A DNA stretch of 64,000 bases from Candidatus Helarchaeota archaeon. GTDB lineage: Archaea > Asgardarchaeota > Lokiarchaeia > Helarchaeales > RDOG01. The stretch spans positions 64,001 through 128,000 of the forward strand of contig JAHPZH010000002.1 in NCBI GenBank assembly GCA_019058315.1, in the 5' to 3' direction. The notes beneath the pieces were generated by a model. It had not been told where the DNA came from. It searched no databases and was given only the letters and a program-made list of their open reading frames with translations. Below, one piece after another: positions 1 to 10,753 of the stretch. Within the stretch, counting starts at the first letter, position 1. Every line of letters begins with the position of its first letter. A program made the position numbers and the translations under genes.

Positions 1-1
1 A

Positions 2-271
2 ATTGAAATACCTTTTGTATTTGGCACCCATAAGCTTCCAAAAATTGACGAATTTGTGGGTAAAGATGCTGCTGTTGAAGCTATCAGCGAAAAGATGATG
101 GATGCTTGGATTGCATTTGCTCGAACTGGAAATCCAAACAATGATAATATCCCAGAATGGCCCCCATATGATGAAAAAAAGAGATCTACTATGGTCATTG
201 GTAAAGAAATCAAAGTTGTTAACAATATTTTTGAAAAAGAGCGTAAGGGTTGGGATGATATAACTTTATAA
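2..271 (+). CDS. Carboxylesterase type B, C-terminal part (truncated by window start)
   Basis: Frame is open from base 2 (IEIPFVFGT...WIAFARTGNPN...WPPYD) and parallels the C-termini of the two following esterases. Confidence 0.85.
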   Translation: MEIPFVFGTHKLPKIDEFVGKDAAVEAISEKMMDAWIAFARTGNPNNDNIPEWPPYDEKKRSTMVIGKEIKVVNNIFEKERKGWDDITL

Positions 272-318
272 ATTCTTCAAAAAAGATTTAGAAACTAAAT
301 AAAAATAAGAGGTTAAAA

Positions 319-1851
319 ATGACAACCATAACTAAAACTGAAAAAAATATAGTTGAAACTGAATTAGGAAAAATCCAGGGCTACAGCCATGAAGGCCTAC
401 AAATATTTAAAGGAATACCTTATGCTGCTTCACCCGTAGGAGAACTGCGTTTCAGTCCACCTGCTCCAAGAGAAGTATGGAGTGATGTATTAGATTGTAC
501 AACGTTCGGTCCATACGTCATACAAAGCCCTAGTGTTCTTGATATGTTTCTAGGAAAACCAAAACCTCAAAGTGAAGAGGATTGTTTAACACTTAATATT
601 TGGACACCAAAAACTGACGATGCTAATCGACCAGTGATGTTTTGGATACATGGTGGAGGTTTTATGAATGGAGGAGGTCCACTCCCGCTCTATCGTGGTT
701 CAAGTCTAGCTCGCCGAGGTAACGTAGTAGTTGTAAATATAAATTATCGGCTTGGTGTTTTGGGATATTCATATATTCCGGGCGTAACTGCTAATATAGG
801 AATGCTCGATCAGATAGCTGCTCTTGAATGGGTTAATAAAAATATTGAATCATTTGGTGGTGATCCAAATAATATCACCATTTTTGGAGAATCTGCTGGT
901 GCTATGTCCGTGAGTACCCTAATTGCCATGCCTGCTGCTAAAGGACTTTTTAATCGTGTTATTGCTCAAAGTGGGGCTGCTCATCCTTTAATTTACAATC
1001 CAGAATTAGCTAAAAAGAGCACAGACCGCCTAATGTCAGAACTTGGTCTTGAAGCGGATGATATAGAAAAATTGCGTAAATTACCTGTGAAAGAAATTAT
1101 AAAGGCCCAAAACAAAATTACTATGTCACCGAATCTTGCCGAATTTCTTCCATTTTCCCCTAGAATTGATAAGGAAACTTTACCGAAACATCCCTTAGAG
1201 GCAGTAAGTGAAGGTTCTGCAAAGGACTACGAGTTATTAATAGGTACAAATGCGGATGAAATTAAATTATTTAGTGCATTAGATCCGAATTTAAGCAACA
1301 TGGATGAAAAAGGGCTCTATAAATTTATAAAGAATATAATGGATATGTTTGGAGAAAACGGTACCAAAGTAAAACATTTATTAGAGACTTACAAAGAAGC
1401 TAGAAAGGGTAAATTATCTATAAAACCTTCTGAAATATTGGCTGCTATCGGTACAGATTTTACATTTCGCATTCCAACAATTCGTATGCTTGAAATATAT
1501 AGTAAACACCAAGAAAAAGTTTATAATTATTTGTTTAATTGGCCTTCTCCTGCATTAAATGGTAGATTCGGTTCTTGCCATGCTGTAGAAATCGCTTTTG
1601 TTTTGGGAACTATAGATCTTCCTAAAATGGATATATTCTTTGGAAAGGGAGCTGATGCTAAAACTCTGTGTGAAAGAACGATGGATGCATGGTTAAATTT
1701 CGCTAAATCAGGAGATCCAAATCATAAAAATATCCCAAAATGGCCTGTATATGATCAGGATAAGAGAGCAACAATGATAATTGATAAAGAGTTTAAAGTA
1801 GTCAATGGATATCGCGATAAAGAACGTTCCGCTTGGGACGATATTTTTTAA
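319..1851 (+). CDS. Carboxylesterase type B (pNB-esterase/COesterase family)
   Basis: FKGIPYA, EDCLTLNIW, HGGG oxyanion hole, GESAG nucleophile, catalytic His in CHAVEI. Confidence 0.95.
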   Translation: MTTITKTEKNIVETELGKIQGYSHEGLQIFKGIPYAASPVGELRFSPPAPREVWSDVLDCTTFGPYVIQSPSVLDMFLGKPKPQSEEDCLTLNIWTPKTDDANRPVMFWIHGGGFMNGGGPLPLYRGSSLARRGNVVVVNINYRLGVLGYSYIPGVTANIGMLDQIAALEWVNKNIESFGGDPNNITIFGESAGAMSVSTLIAMPAAKGLFNRVIAQSGAAHPLIYNPELAKKSTDRLMSELGLEADDIEKLRKLPVKEIIKAQNKITMSPNLAEFLPFSPRIDKETLPKHPLEAVSEGSAKDYELLIGTNADEIKLFSALDPNLSNMDEKGLYKFIKNIMDMFGENGTKVKHLLETYKEARKGKLSIKPSEILAAIGTDFTFRIPTIRMLEIYSKHQEKVYNYLFNWPSPALNGRFGSCHAVEIAFVLGTIDLPKMDIFFGKGADAKTLCERTMDAWLNFAKSGDPNHKNIPKWPVYDQDKRATMIIDKEFKVVNGYRDKERSAWDDIF

Positions 1852-1902
1852 TTTATAGAAATTATAACTTAATAAATCAAATCTAAATGAGAGGTTAAAT
1901 AT

Positions 1903-3429
1903 ATGAAAACTATTGCAAAATCTAAATCGGCAATTGTTGAAACGAATTCTGGAAAAATCCAAGGTTATACAGATAATGGGTTACAAATATTCAAGGGAAT
2001 CCCTTATGCCTCCCCACCGATAGATGAACTGCGATTCTCCCCTCCCCAACCGGTAGAACCGTGGAATGACGTGCTGGATGCTACCACATATGGTCCCTTT
2101 CCGCTACAAGGAGCTTCTGCCCTAGAGATGTTTCTAGGCAAAGCTAGCCCACAAAGCGAACCTGATTGTTTAACACTTAATATTTGGACACCTGAAACCG
2201 ATGATAAAGATCGTCCAGTTATGTTTTGGATACATGGAGGAGGTTTCATTAATGGTGGAGCAGCAGTTCAAGTCTATGATGGGTCATACTTAGCTCAACG
2301 GGGCAATACGGTGATAGTTACTATAAATTATAGATTAGGTGCCTTCGGTTATCTATATATTCCAGATGTTACCGCAAATGTAGGACAGCTTGACCAGATC
2401 CAAGCACTAAAGTGGGTTAAGGAAAATATAGCAAAATTTGGCGGAGATCCTAATAATATTACCATTTTTGGTGAGTCTGCAGGAGGTGAAGCGGTAGTAA
2501 CTTTACTTGCAATGCCAGCTGCCAAAGATCTTTTCCAACATGTAATTGCACAAAGTGCACCGATGGTTTATAATGCATCAGCAGGTAAGAAAAGTTCAGA
2601 ACAATTAATGTCATTGTTAGATATTGAAGCAGGCGATATTGATGCATTGCAGAAAGTACCTGCAAAAAAAATTATAAGGGCACAAAATAAAATAACTAAT
2701 CGTGGTGTTATTACAGATCTTCTTCCATTTTCCCCTAGAATTGATAAAAAGACATTACCCAAACACCCTTTAGAGGCATTACGCTCTGGTTCTGCAAATA
2801 ATGCTGATTTAATTATTGGAAGTAATGAAACGGAATTAACGCTTTTTACTCGTTTGGATCCCAGAATGAATAAGATGGACGCTGAAGGGATGCGGAAAAA
2901 TATAAATTCTATAGCAAATCTTTTAGGTCAAGATGAAAAGAAAGCTAATGAATTAATTAATTTATATAAGGAAAATCGAAAAGATTTACGTACCCCTCTA
3001 GATATAATGGAGGTTATTGGAACTGATTTTGTATTTCGTATTCCTGCAATTCGTATCTCTGAAGCACATCACACCCACCAGTCTAATACATACAATTACA
3101 TATTCACATGGCAATCACCAGCTTTCAATGGTCAATTTGGTGCCCCTCATGCGGTAGAAATTCCTTTCGTTTTTGGAACTCTTAATGCTCCAATGATAGA
3201 TCAATTAGTAGGTAAGGGTCCGGCAGCTGATACCCTAAAGGAAAAGACTATGGCTACTTGGATATCCTTTGCTAAGAATGGGAATCCAAATCATGATGGT
3301 ATTCCAAAATGGCCATCATATGATGCCGAAAAAAGAGCGACAATGTTAATGGGCAAAAAGTTTGAAGTGGTTAATGCGCTTTTTGATGCTGAGCGTGCAG
3401 CTTGGGAAAACGTAACATTCAATATTTGA
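1903..3429 (+). CDS. Carboxylesterase type B
   Basis: Same motifs (HGGG, GESAG, PHAVEI); paralogue of 319..1851. Confidence 0.95.
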   Translation: MKTIAKSKSAIVETNSGKIQGYTDNGLQIFKGIPYASPPIDELRFSPPQPVEPWNDVLDATTYGPFPLQGASALEMFLGKASPQSEPDCLTLNIWTPETDDKDRPVMFWIHGGGFINGGAAVQVYDGSYLAQRGNTVIVTINYRLGAFGYLYIPDVTANVGQLDQIQALKWVKENIAKFGGDPNNITIFGESAGGEAVVTLLAMPAAKDLFQHVIAQSAPMVYNASAGKKSSEQLMSLLDIEAGDIDALQKVPAKKIIRAQNKITNRGVITDLLPFSPRIDKKTLPKHPLEALRSGSANNADLIIGSNETELTLFTRLDPRMNKMDAEGMRKNINSIANLLGQDEKKANELINLYKENRKDLRTPLDIMEVIGTDFVFRIPAIRISEAHHTHQSNTYNYIFTWQSPAFNGQFGAPHAVEIPFVFGTLNAPMIDQLVGKGPAADTLKEKTMATWISFAKNGNPNHDGIPKWPSYDAEKRATMLMGKKFEVVNALFDAERAAWENVTFNI

Positions 3430-3492
3430 AAATCATATTATCTCTTTTTTTTTTGAAAATAAATTCTTAATAATTTAAGGTTCTAAAGAGAA

Positions 3493-4668
3493 ATGGATGC
3501 ACCAGAAAGAGTTTTAGCTGCAATAAATCATGAAGAACCAGACCGAGTGCCTGCATTCGAGTCGGCTTTTACTAATAATGCAATTATGAAACATTATGGG
3601 ATTTCTGTTGGAAAAGGAAGGACACCACCACCTAGTGATGATAGTGATGAAATTTCGGTACCTCCAGATGTTGTTAAAAAAATTGCTAAAGATAAATCCG
3701 TAATCAAATCGCAGCTCAAAAACTTGTATAAATTGTATCAGAAAGCTGGCATTGACCTTGTACCAAGTATAGCTAGTCTGTTCCCTAGAATGTTTTTGAA
3801 AAGTGGAAAAATGATTGATGAATACGGCAGAATTATGAAAACTGAATATTATAAAGATGGAACACCAATTTTAGGGTATGTTGGAGGATATTTTAAAAGT
3901 TTTGAGGATTATGAAAGTTGGGAACCACCTGATCCGCACTGGGAAGCAAGAATTAGTGGTTTTTTAGCAGGAAGAGAAATGCAAGAGAAATTAAATAATG
4001 AAATTTTCTCAATTCCATCAACGGGGTGTTTAATGGAAGTTTCATGGGAAAGTTTCGGATTAGAGTTATTTTCAAGGTTATTAGCAAGAAAAAAACAAGC
4101 AAAAAAGATTTTTGACGATCGTGGAAAATTCACTCTTGAATTAGTCAAGATTTTAGCAGAAAAGGATGCAAAAATTGTTCTTTTATGGGATGATTATGGG
4201 TATAAAAATGGTTTGTTCATGTCCCCAAAGAATTACAGAACTTACGTCTTTCCATGGCTGAAACAAATTTGCGATGCCGCACACAAGAGGGATTGTAAAA
4301 TTTTACTACATTCCGATGGAGATCTAATGAAAATATTCGAAGATATCGTTAAGTGCGGTGTAGACATTTTAAACCCAATAGAATCTACTACAGCTAATCC
4401 CGAATATGATATTTTTAAATTACATAAAACATATGGAGAAAAAATAACATTTGCTGGAAATCTAAGCCCAATTATGTTAACTATGGGGGAAATTTCTGAA
4501 ATTGAAGCATATGCGAAAAAATTAATTCGTGAATTAGCACCTGGTGGAGGATATATATTCAGTTCAGGACATAGTATAAACCCAGCCGTTACAGTAGATC
4601 GATTTCTTGCTATGCAAAATATTAAGAAAAAATACGGAAATTATCCAATTGGATTTATTCCTGATTAA
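3493..4668 (+). CDS. Uroporphyrinogen decarboxylase (UroD)/MtaA-CmuA family protein, probable corrinoid methyltransferase
   Basis: ERV..AINHEEPDRVP N-terminus, DEYG, DDYG, HSDG, GGGYIFSSGHSI. Confidence 0.85.
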   Translation: MDAPERVLAAINHEEPDRVPAFESAFTNNAIMKHYGISVGKGRTPPPSDDSDEISVPPDVVKKIAKDKSVIKSQLKNLYKLYQKAGIDLVPSIASLFPRMFLKSGKMIDEYGRIMKTEYYKDGTPILGYVGGYFKSFEDYESWEPPDPHWEARISGFLAGREMQEKLNNEIFSIPSTGCLMEVSWESFGLELFSRLLARKKQAKKIFDDRGKFTLELVKILAEKDAKIVLLWDDYGYKNGLFMSPKNYRTYVFPWLKQICDAAHKRDCKILLHSDGDLMKIFEDIVKCGVDILNPIESTTANPEYDIFKLHKTYGEKITFAGNLSPIMLTMGEISEIEAYAKKLIRELAPGGGYIFSSGHSINPAVTVDRFLAMQNIKKKYGNYPIGFIPD

Positions 4669-5333
4669 GAAACTTTTATTTTAGGCATGGATTTCTCCAT
4701 TAAATTCTTTATATGTTTAACTCCTTCAACTGCATCATCAGCAAAATCGTCTGCTCCCATTTTTTTTGCAAGTTCCATATTTAATGGAGCACCGCCAACA
4801 ATGATTTTAACTTGATCTCTAAGACCTTCATCTTTTAGAGCCTTATCAACAACCGAAATTTCTTCGACTGTCATAGTGAGAAGTGCACTTAAAGCAAGTA
4901 CTTTAGCACCTGATTCTTTTACCGTTTTAACAATTTTATCCGGAGGACAATCCATTCCCAAATCAATTATATTGAAGCCACTTGACATTAACATACTAAT
5001 GAGAATATTTTTACCAATATCATGATTATCACCCCTAACAGTCGCAATAACCACAGTTTGCTCTGTTCCTTTAACATCCGATTTTAGATATGGTTCTATT
5101 ACTTTAATAGCTTCTTTCATCGTTTCGCCTGCTAATACAAGATCTGTTAAAAAATATTCATTTTTCTCATATAGTTTTCCGACTTCATCTAATCCGTCGG
5201 TAAGAGCTTTCATAACATTTTTGGGATCGGTTCCAGCTTCTAATTCGGATTTGACTACATTAGGAATTTCGTCAATATCTAAATCGATTAATGTATCTTT
5301 TACTTCTTTCAAAGTCACTTTTACCATCTTCAT
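4665..5333 (-). CDS. Methyltransferase corrinoid protein (MtaC/MttC-like, B12-binding)
   Basis: B12 cap domain, GDNHDIGKNI (DxHxxG), LSALLT, IVGGAP. Confidence 0.93.
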   Translation of the reverse strand: MKMVKVTLKEVKDTLIDLDIDEIPNVVKSELEAGTDPKNVMKALTDGLDEVGKLYEKNEYFLTDLVLAGETMKEAIKVIEPYLKSDVKGTEQTVVIATVRGDNHDIGKNILISMLMSSGFNIIDLGMDCPPDKIVKTVKESGAKVLALSALLTMTVEEISVVDKALKDEGLRDQVKIIVGGAPLNMELAKKMGADDFADDAVEGVKHIKNLMEKSMPKIKVS

Positions 5334-5753
5334 TTTAAAATGTTTTATCTATAAAATAATGTATGTTTTTTAATTAATTTTTTATAAATTAATCTATCGA
5401 TTCATTCTATTTATGATGAATATGTTTAAAAGTGATTCTCATGAATTTAAATTCATTATCAAACCATTATTCATTAATTAATAAAAATAGCCTTTGTATT
5501 TCCAGTTCGGACAAAAAAGGAAGCAAATTCAGAATATAAATATTCAGAAGATTTAGACATATTATATCAAGACGTAGTAAATGATTTTATGTATGGAAGA
5601 TCTTAAATTGCATATGAGAATCTGCGAAAATAAGTCCAATGCTTTCTGCTGAACCTACTGGAAAATAAAAAAAAATAGATAGTAATAATTGAAAAATCAT
5701 AAAATTATTATATAGCTTATTTATTCAAAAAATAAAATACTAGTGTATTTATT

Positions 5754-6911
5754 ATGAAGTGTAAAGAAAGAGTAATAAAAGCGATTCACTTTGATAAGCC
5801 TGATAAGGTTCCAAGACATATAATGATGGATCCAAAAACTGATATGTTTCTATTTAGTACATATGAACCTTTAAGTTTTCAACCCACCAATTATCCCCCT
5901 CATATATTTGGAGGTCCTGCTGTTTATGGTGATTCAATATATCGTACAATGATTTATAAATGGAATGACGAAAACCGAATAAAATTAGGTTTACCAAAAG
6001 ATTGGTGGAATCATGAAATAAATAACGAATTACTAACAATTGATGAATGGGGTATTATTTGGAAAAGTGGAGCTGCAAGTAGAGATAAAAGCATGGGCCA
6101 TCCTTTTAGAGGTCCATTTCAAGATTCATGGGATAATCTTGATGATTATCAACCTCCTGATGCTACTGATAGAAATAGATTTAGATTCTGGAATAAACTT
6201 ACACAGGACTTTAGTAAAGATCAATATATCATGGGATGTCCTGCTCAAGCTTTTTTATATGATAAATCATCGTTTCTCAGAGGATTTACCAATATTATGG
6301 TTGATTTTGTAAGAAATCCAAAACAAGTTCATAAATTAATAAGCTATGTTACCGATTTTTTTTATGATCAAATCCCCCTTATTAAAGAAGTTTGTCCAGA
6401 GCTCGATGCTATTTTTGTTCTTGATGATCTTGGGACTCAAAAAAGCCCATTTGTATCTCCAAGGCTTTTCAAAAAATTTTATTATGAGCCTTACAAAAAA
6501 ATAATTGATTTAACTCATGATCTTGGTTTAGATTTTCTTTTACACTGTTGCGGACAAGTAAAAGAATTATTTCCTATTTTTCTAGATCTCGGAATAGATG
6601 TAATGCAATTTGATCAACCCAATTTAACTGGTGTTGAAAATTATAAAATATATGCTGAACAGCATAAAATGGCTTTTTGGTTAAGTTCTGATTTACAGAC
6701 AACTTTTACCCAAGGTACACCTGAAGATGTGGAAGAAGAAGTAAAATATTTTGTAAAAGAAATTGGAAATAACTATGGGGGGTTAATTTTTTCTATGTAT
6801 AACGATAATAGAGCAATGAAAACTCCAAAAGAAAATATAAAAGCTTTTAGGAAAGCTATGGACAAATGGGGAAAATATAACGAAAAAGGAATTATTGATT
6901 GGTTAGCTTAA
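5754..6911 (+). CDS. UroD/MtaA family methyltransferase-like protein (copy A1)
   Basis: ERV..AIHF..PDKVP, DEWG, LRGF, DDLGTQ, HCCG. Confidence 0.85.
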   Translation: MKCKERVIKAIHFDKPDKVPRHIMMDPKTDMFLFSTYEPLSFQPTNYPPHIFGGPAVYGDSIYRTMIYKWNDENRIKLGLPKDWWNHEINNELLTIDEWGIIWKSGAASRDKSMGHPFRGPFQDSWDNLDDYQPPDATDRNRFRFWNKLTQDFSKDQYIMGCPAQAFLYDKSSFLRGFTNIMVDFVRNPKQVHKLISYVTDFFYDQIPLIKEVCPELDAIFVLDDLGTQKSPFVSPRLFKKFYYEPYKKIIDLTHDLGLDFLLHCCGQVKELFPIFLDLGIDVMQFDQPNLTGVENYKIYAEQHKMAFWLSSDLQTTFTQGTPEDVEEEVKYFVKEIGNNYGGLIFSMYNDNRAMKTPKENIKAFRKAMDKWGKYNEKGIIDWLA

Positions 6912-6957
6912 TTACTTAAATAATTGTTAAAATTACTATAAAAAGGCGATAATAAGT

Positions 6958-8148
6958 TTGAATGCACAAGAACGGATATTAAAGGCAATTAATCACGAAG
7001 AACCCGATCGTGTCCCTTGGTTTGAATTAGGAATTGATAATTTAAAAATTATTGAGCATTATGGTGCCAGATACGAACTTCAAGGTTTTGGAAAAGTACT
7101 TAAAGATCTGTACAGCTCATTTAAAGGTGATAAAAAACAATTTTCTGAAAATTTTAACAAAATAGTTTATAGTAAAGCAGCTCTAAAAACGTTTATGAAA
7201 CCGATTGTTAAATTATATAAAAGTATAGGAATTGACGCAGCTGTTGTGCCTCTAGCCTTATACCCCCTTGAATATAATGAGGCTAGTTTCGTAGATGAAT
7301 ATGCTAGAAAATTTGATGTTATAAAAACTAGTGATGGTATGGATATTTTTTATTATAGAGGGGGTGCACTTAAAGATATTGACGATTATGAAGCATTTCC
7401 TCGCTTAAATCCTGATCTACCTTTGAGGAAAGACTCTTTTGAAGTAGCAAAAAAGTTAGAAAAACAATCTAATGGAAATATATGTATATTTCCCGCTTTC
7501 ACAGGTATAATGGAAGCGACATGGGAAGCATTTGGAATAGAAAATTTTAGTAGGTTATTAGCCAAACCAAAGATGATTAAAAAAATTTTTGATGATATGG
7601 GCAAGTTTGCGGTTGAATTAACAAAAAGGATTGTTGAATGGGGAGAAACTGGACCAATTTTAGTTTTTGACGATTATGGTTATAAAAAAGGATTATTTAT
7701 GAGTCCAAGGAATTATAGAAAATACGTTTTTCCTTGGTTAGAACAGATTTGTAAAACAGCTCATAAAGGCGGATTAAAAGTAATTTTACATAGTTGTGGA
7801 GATATTTCTGCCATCTTAGATGATCTCATTAAATCAGGTGTGGACGCCCTCCATCCAATTGAACCAACAACAGCAAATCCGGAATATAGTATTTTTAAAC
7901 TGAAAGAGAAAATTGGTAAAGATATAACTTTTGTTGGTAATGTATCTCCTCAAGATCTTTCAGATAAAGATCCGGATTTTATAAAAAATTATACAAAAGA
8001 ATTAATTAGAGATGTTGCTCCTGGAGGAGGTTTTATATTAAGTTCTGGACACAGTATTAATCCTGCAGTTAAATTAGAAAATTTTCTAGCAATGAAAGAA
8101 ATATTTGAAAAATATAGAAATTATCCAATAGGATTTATTCCCGATTAA
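6958..8148 (+). CDS. UroD/MtaA family methyltransferase-like protein (copy B1)
   Basis: AINHEEPDRVP, DDYG, HSCG, GGGFILSSGHS; TTG start. Confidence 0.85.
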   Translation: MNAQERILKAINHEEPDRVPWFELGIDNLKIIEHYGARYELQGFGKVLKDLYSSFKGDKKQFSENFNKIVYSKAALKTFMKPIVKLYKSIGIDAAVVPLALYPLEYNEASFVDEYARKFDVIKTSDGMDIFYYRGGALKDIDDYEAFPRLNPDLPLRKDSFEVAKKLEKQSNGNICIFPAFTGIMEATWEAFGIENFSRLLAKPKMIKKIFDDMGKFAVELTKRIVEWGETGPILVFDDYGYKKGLFMSPRNYRKYVFPWLEQICKTAHKGGLKVILHSCGDISAILDDLIKSGVDALHPIEPTTANPEYSIFKLKEKIGKDITFVGNVSPQDLSDKDPDFIKNYTKELIRDVAPGGGFILSSGHSINPAVKLENFLAMKEIFEKYRNYPIGFIPD

Positions 8149-8295
8149 AAATTAACAACTTAAACTCAGTATAATCCTTTTTGATTAACCTAATGGAAAA
8201 TTATAAAGAGAAAGTAAGTTTTACGATAGTTAATAAATGAAAAAATTATTAAATAAATTTCTTTATTTAAAAATAATAATTCTGGTGTATTTATT

Positions 8296-9453
8296 ATGAA
8301 TTGTAAAGAAAGAGTAATAAAAGCATTTCATTTTGATAAACCTGACAAGATCCCAAAACATATAATACTTGATCCAAGGACTGATATGTTCATATTATAT
8401 ACTTATGAACCTTTAAGTTTTCAACCCACCAATTATCCTCCTCATATATTTGGAGGTCCTGCTCTTTATGGTGATAAACAATATCGTACAATGATTTATA
8501 AATGGAATGACGAAAACCGAATAAAATTAGGATTACCAGAAGATTGGTGGAATCATGAAATAAATAACGAATTACTAACAATTGATGAATGGGGTATTAT
8601 TTGGAAAAGTGGAGCTGCAAGTAGAGATAAAAGCATGGGCCATCCTTTTAGAGGTCCATTTCAAGATTCATGGGATAATCTTGATGAGTATCAACCTCCT
8701 GATGCTACTGATAGAAATAGATTTAGATACTGGAATAAACTTACGCAAAGCTTGAATAAAGATAATTATATCTTAGGATGTCCAATGCTATGTTTCATAC
8801 ATAATAAATCATCATTTCTTAGAGGATTTACAAATATTATGGTTGATTTTGTAAGAAATCCAAAACAAGTTCATAAATTAATAAAATACGTTACTGATTT
8901 TTTTTATGATCAAATACCACTTATTAAAGAGGTTTGTCCAGAGCTCGATGCTATTTTTGTTCTTGATGATCTCGGGTCTCAACAAAGTCCGATTATATCT
9001 CCAAGACTTTTTAAAAAATTTTATTATGAGCCTTACAAAAAAATAATTGATTTAACTCACGATCTTGGTTTGGATTTTGTTTTACATTGTTGTGGACAAG
9101 TAAAAGAATTATTTCCTATTTTTCTAGATCTTGGAATAGATGTAATGGAATTTGATCAGCCCAATGTTACAGGTGTTGAAAATTATAAAATATACGCTGA
9201 ACAGCATAAAATGGCTTTTTGGTTAAGTTCTGATCTGCAAACAACTTTTACCCAAGGTACACCTGAAGATGTGGAAAAAGAAGTAAAATATTTTGTAAAA
9301 GAAATTGGAAATAACTATGGGGGTTTGGCGTTTTCTATGTATAATGATAATAGAGCAATGCAAACTCCAAAAGAAAATATAAAAGCTTTTAGGAAAGCTA
9401 TGGACAAATGGGGAAAATATAACGAACAAGGAATTATTGATTGGTTAGCTTAA
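8296..9453 (+). CDS. UroD/MtaA family methyltransferase-like protein (copy A2)
   Basis: Same length as, and nearly identical to, 5754..6911. Confidence 0.85.
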   Translation: MNCKERVIKAFHFDKPDKIPKHIILDPRTDMFILYTYEPLSFQPTNYPPHIFGGPALYGDKQYRTMIYKWNDENRIKLGLPEDWWNHEINNELLTIDEWGIIWKSGAASRDKSMGHPFRGPFQDSWDNLDEYQPPDATDRNRFRYWNKLTQSLNKDNYILGCPMLCFIHNKSSFLRGFTNIMVDFVRNPKQVHKLIKYVTDFFYDQIPLIKEVCPELDAIFVLDDLGSQQSPIISPRLFKKFYYEPYKKIIDLTHDLGLDFVLHCCGQVKELFPIFLDLGIDVMEFDQPNVTGVENYKIYAEQHKMAFWLSSDLQTTFTQGTPEDVEKEVKYFVKEIGNNYGGLAFSMYNDNRAMQTPKENIKAFRKAMDKWGKYNEQGIIDWLA

Positions 9454-9505
9454 TTAATAATTAAATAATATTATTAAAAATATCATAAAAAATGAGATAA
9501 TAAAT

Positions 9506-10696
9506 ATGAATGCTCAAGAACGGATATTAAAAGCAATTAATCACGAAGAACCTGATCGTGTCCCTTGGTTTGAATTAGGAATTGATAATTTAAAAATTGT
9601 GGAGCATTATGGCTCCAGATATGAACTACAAGGTTTTGGAAAAGTACTTAAAGATCTTTTTAGCTCATTTAAAGGCGATAAAAAAGTATTAAATGAAAAT
9701 ATAAAGAAATTAGTTTATAGTAAAGCAACTCAAAAAATGGCAATGAAACCAGTTGTTAAATTATATAAAGATATCGGCATAGACGCTGCTATTGTGCCTA
9801 TAGCCTTATACCATCTTGAATACGAAGAAAGTGGTTTCGTAGATGAATATGCTAGAAAATTTGATGTTATAAAAACTAGTGATGGTATGGATTTTTTTTA
9901 TTATAGAGGTGGTGTACTTAAAGATTTTGATGATTATGAAGCATTTCCTCCCTTAGATCCTGATCTCCCTCTTAGGAAATACTCTTTTGAAGTTGCAAAA
10001 GAATTAGAAAAAAAAGCAAATGGTGATATATACATAATTCCCGCTTATGCTGGAATGATGGAAGCAACATGGGAAGCATTTGGGATAGAAAATTTTAGTA
10101 GATTATTAGCTAAACCTAAGATTGTTAAAAAAATTTTTGATGATATGGGCAAATTTGCGGTTGAATTAACAAAAAGAATTATTGAATGGGGGGAAACTGG
10201 AGCATGTTTAATCTTTGACGATTATGGCTATAAAAAAGGATTATTTATGAGTCCTAGAAATTATAGAAAATATGTTTTCCCTTGGTTAGAACAAATTTGT
10301 AAAACAGCTCATAAAGGTGGAATAAAAGTAATTTTACATAGCTGTGGGGATATTTATACTATTTTAGACGATATTATTAAAGCAGGGGTTGATGCCCTCC
10401 ATCCTATTGAACCAACAACAGCAAATTCTGAATATAGTATTTTTAAATTGAAAGAAAAAATTGGAAAAGAAATGACTTTTGTTGGTAACGTATCTCCCCA
10501 AGATCTTTCAGATAAAGATCCTAAATTTATAAAAAATTATACAGAAGAATTAATTAGAGAAGTCGCTCCTGGAGGAGGATTTATTTTAAGTTCGGGTCAT
10601 TCTATTAATCCTGCGGTTAAACTAGAAAATTTTCTAGCGATGAAAGAAACATTAGAAAAATATGGAAAATATCCAATAGGACACAGTTCTAGTTAA
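9506..10696 (+). CDS. UroD/MtaA family methyltransferase-like protein (copy B2)
   Basis: Same length as, and closely similar to, 6958..8148. Confidence 0.85.
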   Translation: MNAQERILKAINHEEPDRVPWFELGIDNLKIVEHYGSRYELQGFGKVLKDLFSSFKGDKKVLNENIKKLVYSKATQKMAMKPVVKLYKDIGIDAAIVPIALYHLEYEESGFVDEYARKFDVIKTSDGMDFFYYRGGVLKDFDDYEAFPPLDPDLPLRKYSFEVAKELEKKANGDIYIIPAYAGMMEATWEAFGIENFSRLLAKPKIVKKIFDDMGKFAVELTKRIIEWGETGACLIFDDYGYKKGLFMSPRNYRKYVFPWLEQICKTAHKGGIKVILHSCGDIYTILDDIIKAGVDALHPIEPTTANSEYSIFKLKEKIGKEMTFVGNVSPQDLSDKDPKFIKNYTEELIREVAPGGGFILSSGHSINPAVKLENFLAMKETLEKYGKYPIGHSSS

Positions 10697-10753
10697 AAAT
10701 CAGTATTTTTAATTATTATCTTATTTAAATCTTTTTAGGTTTAATTTCTTTGA

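Larger units (their letters stand above)
5676..10696 (+). repeat. Tandem duplication of a ~2.54-kb two-gene unit including ~75 bp of upstream sequence
   Basis: 5676-8148 aligns with ~8225-10696; ORF offsets are 2542 and 2548 bp; shared upstream GTGTATTTATTATG. Confidence 0.92.

Noticed and set aside
5581-5682. Short ORF with TGC-TGA (Cys-Sec-like) in an intergenic region
   Set aside because: No recognisable fold or SECIS; probably chance
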